DNA of 62,892 nt, the filler included, from Nemertoderma westbladi (lineage: Eukaryota > Animalia > Xenacoelomorpha): assembly GCA_032718475.1 (NCBI GenBank). It is 3 parts of 3 records of this genome, joined end to end, with 100 filler letters (N's around TTAATTAATTAA, not from the genome) between each part and the next. Parts side by side here need not be neighbours in the genome. Positions count along the whole stretch, not along the records: positions 15,209 to 47,016 come from JAUCBJ010002131.1; positions 47,117 to 62,892 come from JAUCBJ010001463.1; 1 more part is not named here. One strand, written 5' to 3'. Shown here piece after piece: positions 37,011-50,100 of this stretch. Every line of letters starts with the position of its first letter. Position 1 is the first letter of the stretch. Made by a program: the position numbers and the translations under genes. A model generated the notes under the pieces. The model was not told the origin of the DNA and searched no databases. It saw only the letters and a list, made by a program, of their open reading frames with translations.

Positions 37011-39066
37011 AGATCACTGTGAGGGCTATACTGCCTTTACAGAAGCAGTTAAGTTAGCAGCTGCAGAAACAGTTCCTGTATACCCTCGAAACAGGAAAAG
37101 GGCCCCTTGGACTGACAACAAAATTCAGAAGTGCCGAAATGACCTTCATAAGGCGCAGAAAGAGTCCCGACTCAAACAGACTACAGCGGCCAAGAATGCA
37201 GTTAAGGCTGCATCTAGGTCCCTGAACAGGCAGTACTCTGTTAATCTACAGGAGCTAATAAACCAACAGGTTGATGCCATCAATGATGCTGATGACAGCA
37301 GGCAATCATCCCAGGCATGGAAATCGATCAATTTGCTTACTGGGCGGAAAAGCCAACCAAACACCAAGGTTAAGGCTGAATCACCAGCCGATCGCCTCAA
37401 TGGTTGGAAAGCCCACTTTGAAAAGCTCCTCAATAATGACAGGGTATTGCCTGATAACTTTATAGAAGTAAAAGTGTCTGAGTCTGTACCCCCAGATATT
37501 TCCATTGGCGATATCTCCTTTGCAGAAGTGAAGGCTGCTGCAAAGAGCATTAAGACCAATCGTGCCAGTGGAGTAGATGGTGTTCCCCCTGAGGTCTTTA
37601 AAATACCTGAGTGTTTAAAGCTCATCTATCCCATCATAGTAGACATGTACCGAACAACAAGAGTCCCACAAGAAATGAAAACAAATAAGTTGGTGCCAGT
37701 TCCCAAGAAGGGTAACCTAACACTCTATGGTTCTTTTCGGGGAATCTCATTGATCTTGATTGCTGCAAAGCTATACAATAGAATTCTATTAAATCGCATC
37801 AGGAATCCCATTGAGAGACTGCTCCGTGGAAATCAGAATGGGTTCCGTAAAGGTCGTGGGACCATGGAGCCCATTTTGGCACTTAGAAGGATAATTGAAG
37901 AATTATCAAAAAAGAAAGACAGGCATCTGGCTGTTGTCTTTGTTGACTTCTTCAAGGCCATTGATTCAGTCTCTCGCTCACGTATGTTCAGCATACTTTC
38001 ATTATATGGGATTCCTGATGAAATTATTGCAGCAATCAGATCAATATACGATGGTTCGACAACATTTGTATCTACTGTTTTCGATGACACAGAACCATTT
38101 GAAGTGTTATGGGGCGTCCTCCAGGGAGGCACACTTGCACCATTCTTGTTCATAATTGTGGTTGACTATGTTCTACGCTTGTCCTTATGATAACTCCACC
38201 TACTGGCTCCAGAAGTCGAGGAAATCCTGTCAAGTACCTATCTGATCTAGACTTTGCTGATGACTTAAGAGTCTCTCAGAATCACTAGAGGGAGCCCAAC
38301 GGCTCCTCAGCTCATTAGAACATGCTGCTTCTAGTATTGGTCTTTTTATTAACTCCAGAAAGACCAAAATTTTAACAGTTAACTTTGAAAGTCCTCAGCA
38401 AGTCTCTGATCGGATGAGCATAAGCTCAAAAGATGGTATGCTTGAGCATGTGGACGACTTCTGTTATCTGGGATCATGGATCCGGAAGTCAGATGAGGAC
38501 CTTCGAATACGTAAGGGAAAGGCATGGGCAGCCTTGAATAGGCTTTCCAGGATTTGGAACTCCGAGAATTAATCGGAAACTTAAGGTCCGATTATTTAGA
38601 GCAGCAGTAGTTCCAGTACTTCTCTATGGGAGTCCATGCTGGGCTCTAACTGCTGAGGACACCAAATCTCTGGATGGCACATTCACAAAAATGCTACGCC
38701 GGGTTCATTGTGTCAAGTACAATGCACACATCTCCAACCAGACACTATATAACATTGGAGGTGTCTCATTGGTTCCCCCAAGCTTGACACTAGAACAAAA
38801 TCGCCTCCGCTTTGCAGGAGATTGCTTTCGCCGTGAGGACCATCCAGTGCATAATCTTGTACTTTGGCAACCTCATGGAGTGAATAAACATGGTGGACAG
38901 ACCATGACTTTCTTGAGACGCATCTTAAAGGACATTGGCCTTGAAGATGCGGATGATCTAGCAAATGTCAGATAGGGAGTTGTGGCGGCGCAATTTTGTC
39001 GACAAGCCGGCACAGCTTTCTTAAAAATGCAGCTGCAATTCAGCATGCCGATCCTAGTAGTAGTAG
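37011..39066 (+). mobile_element. RTE-type LINE, 3' part (reverse transcriptase, 3' UTR, (TAG)4 tail)
   Basis: RASGVDG, PKKGNL, RGISL, QNGFRKGRG, FVDFFKA.DSV, GVLQG..LAPFLF, DLDFADD, FCYLGS, LLYG and RLRFAG motifs with stops. TAGTAGTAGTAG tail at 39055-39066. Confidence 0.92.
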
Positions 39067-39514
39067 ATAAGACTAGTTCACGTCACGAAATATTTGGATT
39101 TTACAAATTTTCTCCCGTATACATAAGATAAGATCACCTTAGTAGGGGGACTACTAAGGACTACCTGGCCCACTTGCCAGGGAAATTTTCAGTTTGAACC
39201 AAAGGCTTTAAATGGGCTAGACAGAGCTCACCTCAGCTTGAATCATGTTTCCCCGCCCACGCACTCGTTGCAATCTAGCGATATCAAAACCCTGTGGATT
39301 TATTCCGACTCGCTCATTACGCTCGTTCATATGACCAACCAATCGGAATAGCAAACCGCAAAGTGCTATTCTACACACAGGTAACTAATTTATGTAATAA
39401 TAATAATAAAAACATAGTTTTACACACGGGAAATATATCATATAAATAGGCTTTATTGCACCGCAGTAACTAATGTTTGCAGATGCTATGCTATATCTTA
39501 GTCTCATAGAATAT

Positions 39515-40070
39515 ATCATATCATTGTACATCTTCTTGTTCATTATTTTCCCTCTGGAGTCCTCGAACCCTTCCTCTTGGTCGGGATCCCATCTCTCCAC
39601 GGTTTTCTGACTCTTAGTTTCTCCCACAGCGCCAAAGCGTCTTCTATCTGAGTGACGCTCGCGAAATGGGTGGTGTTGGGGATCCCGAGACAGCGCATCC
39701 CGTGGGCGTGACGCCACTCGGCGAAGTGTCGTTGGAAGGCCTTGGGACCGCGGTAGGTCTGGTTGCCGCAGATCTCGCACGAGAAGTTGAGATTCAAGCC
39801 GTGGAGTTTGTAGAGCCAGTAGGGGATGGGTTTACCATCCCACCCGAGTGGCAGGTACTTCGGGTTGTAGGGGACTTCCTCTTCGTCGTCCTCATCCTCC
39901 TCCTCTATCATATCGGCGTCATCCTCGGTGTCCCGCTCGTGGCCGGTTCTCGCCTGTTTGCGTTGGACGTTCTCTCGCGTCGCTTTCCGTTGTTCTCCAA
40001 CCATCTCCACCAGTTTGTAGATTCTCGCTTCCATCGCCGCGATTTGACGTTGTTTGTCGGATTTGTCGAC
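39515..40070 (-). pseudogene. SF3A3: Terminal exon of splicing factor 3A subunit 3 (SAP61/Prp9), frameshifted
   Basis: [35 protein letters not shown]...[47 protein letters not shown] is SF3A3. Acceptor TTTCGTGTATTTAG precedes 40070. A 1-nt frameshift near 39615 separates [19 protein letters not shown]. Confidence 0.9.
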
Positions 40071-40333
40071 CTAAATACACGAAATAAATGAATTGGGGCC
40101 TGAGGTCTTATTATTAATTATTAATGTGAAAGTAAGTAAAAGTGGCCACTGTATGGGTAAAGAAACAGAAGGGCATAAAATTTCAATTTAATTTTCCAAT
40201 TAATTTTTTATCCAAAATCAAATTACTTTCAAATAATAAATAATTTATTATTAGAATTAGAATTACAAATTATTTATTTTCTATAAAATTAATTAATTGT
40301 TTGAAGTAAAATAAGAGGTGGTTTTCGAATACA

Positions 40334-41382
40334 TCCATTATATATATATTATAACGAACCTGTCTTTAGACTGGGTAGTTTTTGTCTAAAGCTGAGGCCG
40401 GCAAAAACACGATGGATATATTTACCTATATCACTCACTATATATGTCACTATATCACTCACTATGTATGTTCACCAAATGGCTTGAAACCACTTGCATG
40501 CATTGTAAAATTGTAAACGCAAGTATTTATCAATTGTTGTCTAGTTGTTGAATAAAAAAGTTGGGAACGATTCGAAGTGCGATATTCGAAATATTTGCAT
40601 ATTTTCAACATTATTGAACGCGAAATTAAATACCCACAACTCCCTTGCTTGAAATGTTTTCAGGTGATTGATATTTAGCAATTATTATGAGGTTACTTAC
40701 TACTGAAATCTGACAGAATGCCAAACGTATTATTATAGTTCTATCTCTATTCAGCCAGTTAGTGTAATGTCAAGCAGTACATCATTTATATATCGTATGT
40801 ATCTATAGGGCCTAATTGTCATCGTTATAATACTGTCATCAACTTAGGCTAATCTCAATTGTAATGCAAAGGCTTAGTAGGTTTTGTATATCTGGGACGT
40901 TTACAACAGCTGTCGATTAAACTAACAAAACCATAAAACTGAACCAGGGTGGCTGCCAGCCGGGTACCAACGGCTGTTGGGTAGACTTAAGGGAACATTT
41001 CACAAACTTTCATAGGATGCTTGTACATGTACATTATATTGGTTGCTCCGATGTTTTTATTAGGCTAACTGAGAATGTATCAGGTATAAATACTGTAATT
41101 ATAGTGTTCTTTATTTTATTTATCTAATACAGAAAAGACCCCTCCGCAGAATAAACTGCTCTTTTGGGCCGTTTCTCAGGTTGCGGATATGGATACCATT
41201 TCACACATCATCGTAGTAATTGTGATTATGATTTGTTTGCCTAGGCGAATGTGTATTACATTAGATGGGAGGCAGTTTTTTGGTTGATGCAAGTCATTCT
41301 TGGTTTGCATCTTCCAATCCCATCTGTTTCTTGGAGTCTGTGTAAGACAGGTTCGTTTAAAGCCATCTTGATGGCGTTCTAG
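40334..41382 (+). mobile_element. Non-autonomous Helitron-like element (about 1.05 kb)
   Basis: A|TC 5' end followed by a TA-rich run. 3' hairpin GCCATC-TT-GATGGC then CTAG|T. 14-bp subterminal inverted repeats AACGAACCTGTCTT (40353) and AAGACAGGTTCGTT (41344). Confidence 0.75.
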
Positions 41383-41914
41383 TATATATATATGTAGGTA
41401 ATGCCGCCAAGAGGTTCATTCTGTATATCAAGTCAAGGATGTCATGGGGTGATGGGAAAGTACGACGATGCCAAGGCAAATACAATTAGGTGAATTAGTT
41501 GAGCCTTGGAAAAGGGAGACACCAATTAACGCAATTAGGAAAATTAAGTTCCATTGTGGCTAGATTAAGTTTGCTGAAACTCACTGGGTAGTGAGAATTG
41601 GAGGACATTTTATCACACTTTTTTTTCTCAAAATTTGCTAATTTAAATTGTCAAAATTTTAAGGTAGCCTCCTACATACCTTAACTACACTGAAATCAAC
41701 TTATCTCATGTTTTCATTAAAGGCTTTTGAGCAGTAAAGTGTTTGGCCTACCAGTTTAATACTGTATAATTTGTTGAAATTCATAAGATGCAATTCAGCT
41801 CAAAAACTCAAAGTCAAACATGGCTTTATTAACAGCATTGTTCACACTAGTGACGGGCCTAGAAGGCCAGATAAAGTACCGACCTTTTTTTTCATAAAAA
41901 CAGTCAACTGGTAA

Positions 41915-42260
41915 CGGTTATGAATTTGAGTTCCTGGTTACAAATCTGAGTTTCTAGTTACAAATCTGAGAGTCCTGTAACAAATTGGAGTCCACGGTTA
42001 CAAATCTGAGCGCCTGGTTACGAATTAGTATTCCTAGTTAAGAATTTGTGTTCCTGGTTACAAATAAGTATGTTTGGTTACAAATCTGAGCACCCAGTTA
42101 CAAATTCAACTGCTCAGTTCCAAATCCAAGTAACCAGTAGTAAATCCAAGCGCCATGTAACAAATATTAGTACCCATGAGCTATGAGCAGATCGGACTAT
42201 CCAGTTACAAATTCGATATCTTAGTTATAAAATCTGAGTGTCAGTTAACTTTGTATCTGC
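41915..42260. repeat. Degenerate ~20-bp minisatellite (CTGGTTACAAATCTGAG core)
   Basis: About 15 diverged copies of GTTACAAAT at ~20-bp spacing. Confidence 0.8.
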
Positions 42261-42682
42261 AACGCAACTTATACTGAATATATGCATAGGCTAAGAATTT
42301 ATAAAAAATTCACATTAATACTGCAAATGCAGTTTTTATCTTTGGTTTAAATAATTTAATAATTTGAAAATACCGAAGCGTGCGTTTTATACTTTTTTTC
42401 CACTTCATTGTTCTACCGGTGCACAAAAGTTGCCAAATGGTAAAAAAATAAGGCAAAAAAAATTTCATTAAATTTCGTCTATATGTTCACGGATCCCAAG
42501 AGGGTTGAAATTTTGATCCATCGCGATGCGCGATGCGATGAAATTTATAGCAATATAACACATGAATGAAAGATCAATGACACAAGAAGAACTTCCTGCA
42601 TGCATTAAATGTCATCAAATGGGTTCAAACTTACAGTAGTTAGAAACCAAAATTTTAACTTTTGGATCAAGGTAACTAGTGC

Positions 42683-45600
42683 TGTAAAAGCTTTTGCGGA
42701 CATAACAAGTCATTTTTCTCCGCAATATACCGTGTAGGTGCTTTAGCGGACATAACAAGCCATTTTCTCCGCAATGTACCGTGTAGGTGCTTTAGCGGAC
42801 ATAACAAGCCATTTTCTGCCGCAATGCGCCTAATACTCTAAAAGACTGGAACTCAGATGACGAAATCTGTCAGCTGATTTACTGTAAACGTGGAACCTCT
42901 CTTTGTTCTGATCAGCCAATCAGAGCGATTTTCATTTTGTCTTGTACAGAGGCCTACGGAAAACCGCGCAATGCATTACGGTCTTTGTTTACCTTTTCTG
43001 AGCCCCAGAACACCGGCTTAGAATTCTTCTGTGCTTCTGTAGAAGTTTCAGACTTTGGCCAAACATTAGATGGCTTTGATTACAGGAATGTAAATCTATT
43101 ATCTGGCTGGTAACATTACTGCAGTAATACCGACTGCAACGCAACCTGGTCACCTGGTCACCTGGAGCACTGCAATCCACATATCAACCAAACTGCTGAA
43201 CTGACTTGCATAAGTAACATATACTGATTGTTCACCGCATTATTTACTGTCTGTTATTAATTGTTATATATTGATGGATATGTTGATATATTTGGAGAAT
43301 ACCGATAAATAATCATAAAACCCCCAATCTTCTTGATTACTGAAGGTAAGAGGGACCGGCTACCTGTAGCAATTCGACTTACATTATAGTGGTTTTTGTG
43401 TGAATTAAATGCTATTTCATAATCCCTACATGTGTCAGTTGCTATCCTCCTTATATATGATCAAATTCAGTGACGGTCGGCAGATCAGTGTGCAGTAGTG
43501 TGAAGTAGTGTGAAGTGGTGTGAAGTGGTGTGACAGATAATAAAGCATCTCCTAAAGAATGCGCTATTTACGAAACTCAGAGGCCATCTCGTTGTGTTTA
43601 GTATAAGTCATAACTCTGTTTTATATACTTAAAGCGCCCATCCTAAAGGAACTGTTAATATTTCCCCGAAAGTGAATAATATTGTCAGAGATTATATAGT
43701 AACGATCAATCGAATAATACAGTAGGTCTGCACCGCAATCATTTCAAAGCATCCGAATCCAGTCTCCCTTAACAGTGGGTGAATGATCGCGCATAGACTG
43801 GCTTCGGCTAGTGTAACTTTATGTGCACTAAATACTTGTTATAGGCTAAAGTCGATTTATAAACAAGAGGACACCTAAAATTGGCAGGTTAAACTGCTAA
43901 AGGTCTGAAAGCGCGAACAATAATAGATTTTAGTTTCTGATTGCAGTGTAGGCAATAAATATTTGTCTATTGTTCTGGTAAGAACAATAATAGATTTAAA
44001 CTCTTGATTGCACCGTAGGCAATAAAGTCGAAGGTACCGGTCGAACGGTAAGCTGTAGGCCTAACTGCCCAACTACCCGAACCGGTACTTACAGGTACAA
44101 CAGTATTATTCGATTTTGATAATTATATACCGGTAGGTCTTGATATTTAATCAGGGACTGTAGCCCTGGTTTTTTATTGGGATTTTACTTATTTCTGTCA
44201 GTTTTATTTATCTGTAAGTGTAATAATGAGCAGAAGGCGTGTAAGCCCGCTCAAATTGTACAGATAATTTGTAGGCTGGATTGTTGTCTGGCTGTTGTTA
44301 GGTCTGAACAGATTGCAGTGTGTGTAGAGTGTATGTCCGATAAAGTACTAGTTAGGAAGGTGGGGGCATCCAGTGCTGTAAGGTAAATCCCCCCCCCCCC
44401 CCCAGAAAGAATAAGTCGTACTACTCAGTTAGAACGCATACTAACTAACCATTTCGGAGTCTGCATATACTGTAGTTTATTTAGGCTTGCCAGTAGTCTG
44501 CCAGCATTTGGTCTGTATTTTGTTTGTATAGTCTGTACGGGTAGCGTAATATTTATTATTCAGAGTCTATGCGAGTATTCGCAACCTACATAACCCCCCA
44601 AGTTTATTCCTACAGTAATTGTGCTTGTTATACATACCGTTATAGTTAAATTAACCCCGGTACTACATCAGGGCTGCTTGGCGTAGGTAAAGACTGGTGA
44701 TTTTATGCTCTGGTCACTCCAGCAGATACCGTGGTTCTTTTAGCTGTACAAGTATATTTAACTGCTGGTTATTTGTTGTATAAGTACTTGTACCTAATTT
44801 AGGGTTTAGTGTACAGTGCTTTCCGAAAGTAATTAGTGTGTAGGCAGTATATTTGTGTTGTAAAGTGGTTAATAGGCACGTTAGCTCTGGTTGGCTGCGG
44901 TAATTAACTTCTAGGTAAGGACACTCTGGGTACATAATGTAGTACTTATAGTTTAAGACTATAAGTCATCAGACAGTGGTATTTTCTTATCTGGACAGCG
45001 CAATTTATTTACTACTACTTTATTATTTTCAAATACCGTAGTTTCCTGTCCATTTGTAATAACCAGAAATTCTAACTCCTTGTTAGGCTGGTTTGTAGAT
45101 TTCTTGTAAAATTACCCTAAAATTTGTACGTATAACCTTTTAGTGTTTATTTAGAGATTGTAATCTCACACAGTAATTGTATGTAATTTGTAGTAATAAG
45201 TAACTTAGTAAAGTAGAATTATTTGTTTTAGTATCCAACAAGTAGCACTTCACTGAGAGCGTTCAGCTTCTGTGCAGTGACTCCTTACCCAGAAATAATA
45301 ACATTTATTTCAAACCTTGTCAAAAAACCCTTGTACGGGTACATAATATATTATAAATCAACTCAAACCGATTTATAAAATAGTAGGCCTGTTATACACC
45401 AATTAGGTCTTAATATCAGTTGAACTACTGCTTGATAACAGTAATAAGTAAAGGGAAGTAACCATAAAAATTCAGAAATTCAGTTATTATAAAATAATTG
45501 ACATTACCGGTATTTATGGTAGGCTTATTATATTTATTTATATAAATTTAGGCCGAAATTATATACCGGTATTCTGTAATTAATCCTAGTCTATAATAAT

Positions 45601-47016
45601 ACTTATACATACTATAAGTGTATGCTGTATACCGGTATTTACGGTAGGCTTATTATATATATTTATATAAATTTATGCTGAAATTATATACCGGTATTCT
45701 GTGACTAAACCTAGTCTGTAATAATACTTATATATACTATAAGTGTATACCGGTATTTTAATATATTATATATATATCACGTTACACTGAGTAACGGTAT
45801 CGGTAATTAATTACTAGGCTTACAGTTGTTACTGAATTACTAGATTTACTTTAACTGTCGTTATAGTAGTAGGCATTCAACTGTACAATCAAACATGGCT
45901 GACACAAAACAAACACTGTCAGATAGTCTCCTAGAAAGAACAGTCTGAGACTCAGATAGGAGTGCAGAACATCTGAGACCGAAGTCCAAGTCCCCTCCTA
46001 CTGTAAGAAAGGTCATCCCTCCAGTAGTAGTATCAGACCCTAGGCTAGTCAAGCACCGTAGGTCTATCATAGGCACTCGTGCTCAAGTCAAGCGGGACCA
46101 AGAGGCAGCTGTTAAACAGCAGCAACACCCGAACCGAGAACTTATTTCTCAGCGGACCGATAACTCTAGCAGTTCAGACACTGTAGAGTTGACACCCGAA
46201 ATCGGAGCAAGGATGGCAGAAGCGGTTTATTCGGATCCACTTCTAATTCTTCCTGAAGCCGTACTCACTAGAGTATTGATCGTGGTGGAGGAACATCAAA
46301 TTGATTGGGCGAGAAGTAAGCGATCGACCAAGGACAGTTATGCGGGATACACAATGGAGGAACTAAAGTCTATTGTCGAGACACAATGGAACTTTCCCGG
46401 ACCCGGACTCCCGTTTAACTTATCGGAAGCTGCCTGGGAGGACTTATATCGGATGGGAGTAGTAAAGGATACTCGAGATCCAGCTGTGTGGAAGAGGTTG
46501 GCAGCAGGATATGTCCAGGCATTCTTCAGTTCTTTGGAGCGACTAGAAGAACACCTATTCCAACAAAGACAAGGACCTCAAGAGCAGGGAGAGCTGCTTT
46601 ATCAAGTTAGAGAACGAATCTTACGGATCAGACTGATCCTTTCCGCTTTTGAGGAAGCCTCGAAGAGAAGCCAAGACACGTCGTTGCAAGTTGCCGTAAA
46701 GACTTGGTTCCAACGGGTGAGTCTTAAAGTCCAAGGAACGACACAATGGAAAATTCAGCTAACTGAGCGCGCGACCCACGGAGAATCAACAGACGCTACA
46801 GCTATATAGCTATAAGTTACATCAGAGAAACCTCAGAAGAAGGACGCTATTGACATCTATCTGTCGGACTATCAACGATTTATAGGTGACAAAGAGTTAA
46901 GGAGAAGGCTAGCTGGACTTCACCCTAATAGTGAGGGAGCCAAATTTGTGTTAGACTCATTAGATGCGGAAATGTTAGCCTCGGAGCAGGCTAAATTTGA
47001 TGAAAGCATCCTCATC
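42683..47016 (+). mobile_element. Bel/Pao family A copy A2: 5' LTR (42683-43919), ~2-kb leader, gag start (45895), cut by gap
   Basis: LTR TGTAAAAGC...GCGCGAACA is homologous to A1. Leader and gag are colinear with 19474-22490. Gag has stops at about 45946 and 46807. Confidence 0.93.
43920..43930 (+). promoter_or_regulatory. Putative self-priming primer-binding site of A2
   Basis: ATAATAGATTT, flush with the LTR end, is the reverse complement of LTR 43092-43102 (AAATCTATTAT). Confidence 0.75.
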
Positions 47017-47116
47017 NNNNNNNNNNNNNNNNNNNNNNNNNNNNNNNNNNNNNNNNNNNNTTAATTAATTAANNNNNNNNNNNNNNNNNNNNNNNNNNNN
47101 NNNNNNNNNNNNNNNN
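47017..47116. other. Artificial contig/scaffold linker
   Basis: N44-TTAATTAATTAA-N44. Confidence 0.97.
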
Positions 47117-47144
47117 AGTATTAGTACATGCAGGACTGTCTTAA

Positions 47145-50100
47145 CTATAAAGATTCTACAAAGATTCTGTACAAGTTATACAACAAGTAGTACAGACTAC
47201 AAAGATTCTGTACAAGTTATACAACAAGTAGTACAGACTACAAAGATTCTGTACAAGTTATACAACAAGTAATACAGACTACAATGATTATGTACAAGTT
47301 ATACAACAAGTAGTACAGACTATAAAGATTCTGTACAAGTTATACAACAAGTAGTACAGACTACAAAGATTCTTTACAAGTTATACAACAAGTAGTACAG
47401 ACTACAATGATTCTGTACAAGTTATACAACAAGTAGTACAGACTACAAAGATTCTGAACAAGTTATACAACAAGTAGTACAGACTACAAAGATTCTTTAC
47501 ATGTTATACAACAAGTAGTACAGACTACAAAGATTCTGTACAAGTTATACAACAAGTAGTACAGACTACAAAGATTCTGTACAAGTTATACAACAAGTAG
47601 TACAGAATACAAAGATTCTGTACAAGTTATACAACTAGTAGTACAGACTACAAAGATTCTTTACATGTTATACAACAAGTAGTACAGACTACAAAGATTA
47701 TGTACAAGTTATACAACAAGTAGTACAGACTACAAAGATTCTGTACAAGTTATACAACAAGTAGTACAGACTACAAAGATTCTGTACAAGTTATACAACA
47801 AGTAGTACAGACTACAAAGATTCTTTACATGTTATACAACAAGTAGTACAGACTACAAAGATTCTCTACAAGTTATACAACAAGTAGTACAGACTACAAA
47901 GATTCTTTACAAGTTATACAACAAGTAGTACAGACTACAAAGATTCTGTACAAGTTATACAACAAGTAGTACAGACTACAAAGATTCTTTACATGTTATA
48001 CAACAAGTAGTACAGACTACAAAGATTCTTTACAAGTTATACAACAAGTAGTACAGACACAAAAGATTCGGTACAAGTTATACAACAAGTAGTACAGACT
48101 ACAAAGATTCTTTACATGTTATACAACAAGTAGTACAGACTACAAAGATTATGTACAAGTTATACAACAAGTAGTACAGACTACAACGATTCTGTACAAG
48201 TTATACAACAAGTAGTACAGACTACAAAGATTCTGTACAAGTTATACAACAAGTAGTACAGACTACAAAGATTCTGTATAAGTTATACAACAAGTAGTAC
48301 AGACTACAAAGATTCTTTACAAGTTATACAACAAGTAGTACAGACACAAAGATTCGGTACAAGTTATACAACAAGTAGTACAGACTACAAATATTCTGTA
48401 CAAGTTATACAACAAGTAGTACAGACACAAAGATTCTGTATAAGTTATACAACAAGTAGTACAGACTACAAAGATTCTGTACAAGTTATACAACATATAG
48501 TACAGACTACAAAGATTCTGTACAAGTTATGCAACAAGTAGTACAGACACAAAGATTCTGTATAAGTTATACAACAAGTAGTACAGACACAAAGATTCTG
48601 TATAAGTTATACAACAAGTAGTACAGACTACAAAGATTCTGTACAAGTTATACAACAAGTAGTACAGACTACAAAGATTCTGTACAAGTTATACAACAAG
48701 TAATACAGACTACAATGATTATGTACAAGTTATACAACAAGTAGTACAGACTATAAAGATTCTGTACAAGTTATACAACAAGTAGTACAGACTACAAATA
48801 TTCTTTACAAGTTATACAACAAGTAGTACAGACTACAATGATTCTGTACAAGTTATACAACAAGTAGTACAGACTACAAAGATTCTGAACAAGTTATACA
48901 ACAAGTAGTACAGACTACAAAGATTCTTTACATGTTATACAACAAGTAGTACAGACTACAAAGATTCTGTACAAGTTATACAACAAGTAGTACAGACTAC
49001 AAAGATTCTGTACAAGTTATACAACAAGTAGTACAGACTACAAAGATTCTGTACAAGTTATACAACAAGTAGTACAGACTACAAAGATTCTGTACAAGTT
49101 ATACAACAAGTAGTACAGACTACAAAGATTCTGTACAAGTTATACAACAAGTAGTACAGACTACAAAGATTCTGTACAAGTTATACAACAAGTAGTACAG
49201 ACTACAAAGATTCTGTACAAGTTATACAACAAGTAGTACAGACTACAAAGATTCTGTACAAGTTATACAACAAGTAGTACAGACTACAAAGATTCTGTAC
49301 AAGTTATACAACAAGTAGTACAGACTACAAAGATTCTGTACAAGTTATACAACAAGTAGTACAGACTACAAAGATTCTGTACAAGTTATACAACAAGTAG
49401 TACAGACTACAAAGATTCTTACAGTTATACAACAAGTAGTACAGACTACAAAGATTCTGTACAAGTTATACAACAAGTAGTACAGACTACAAAGATTCTG
49501 TACAAGTTATACAACAAGTAGTACAGACTACAAAGATTCTGTACAAGTTATACAACAAGTAGTACAGACTACAAAGATTCTGTACAAGTTATACAACAAG
49601 TAGTACAGACTACAAAGATTCTGTACAAGTTATACAACAAGTAGTACAGACTACAAAGATTCTGTACAAGTTATACAACAAGTAGTACAGACTACAAAGA
49701 TTCTTTACAAGTTATACAACAAGTAGTACAGACTACAAAGATTCTGTACAAGTTATACAACAAGTAGTACAGACTACAAAGATTCTGTACAAGTTATACA
49801 ACAAGTAGTACAGACTACAAAGATTCTGTACAAGTTATACAACAAGTAGTACAGACTACAAAGATTCTGTACAAGTTATACAACAAGTAGTACAGACTAC
49901 AAAGATTCTGTACAAGTTATACAACAAGTAGTACAGACTACAAAGATTCTGTACAAGTTATACAACAAGTAGTACAGACTACAAAGATTCTTTACATGTT
50001 ATACAACAAGTAGTACAGACTACAAAGATTCTTTACAAGTTATACAACAAGTAGTACAGACACAAAAGATTCGGTACAAGTTATACAACAAGTAGTACAG

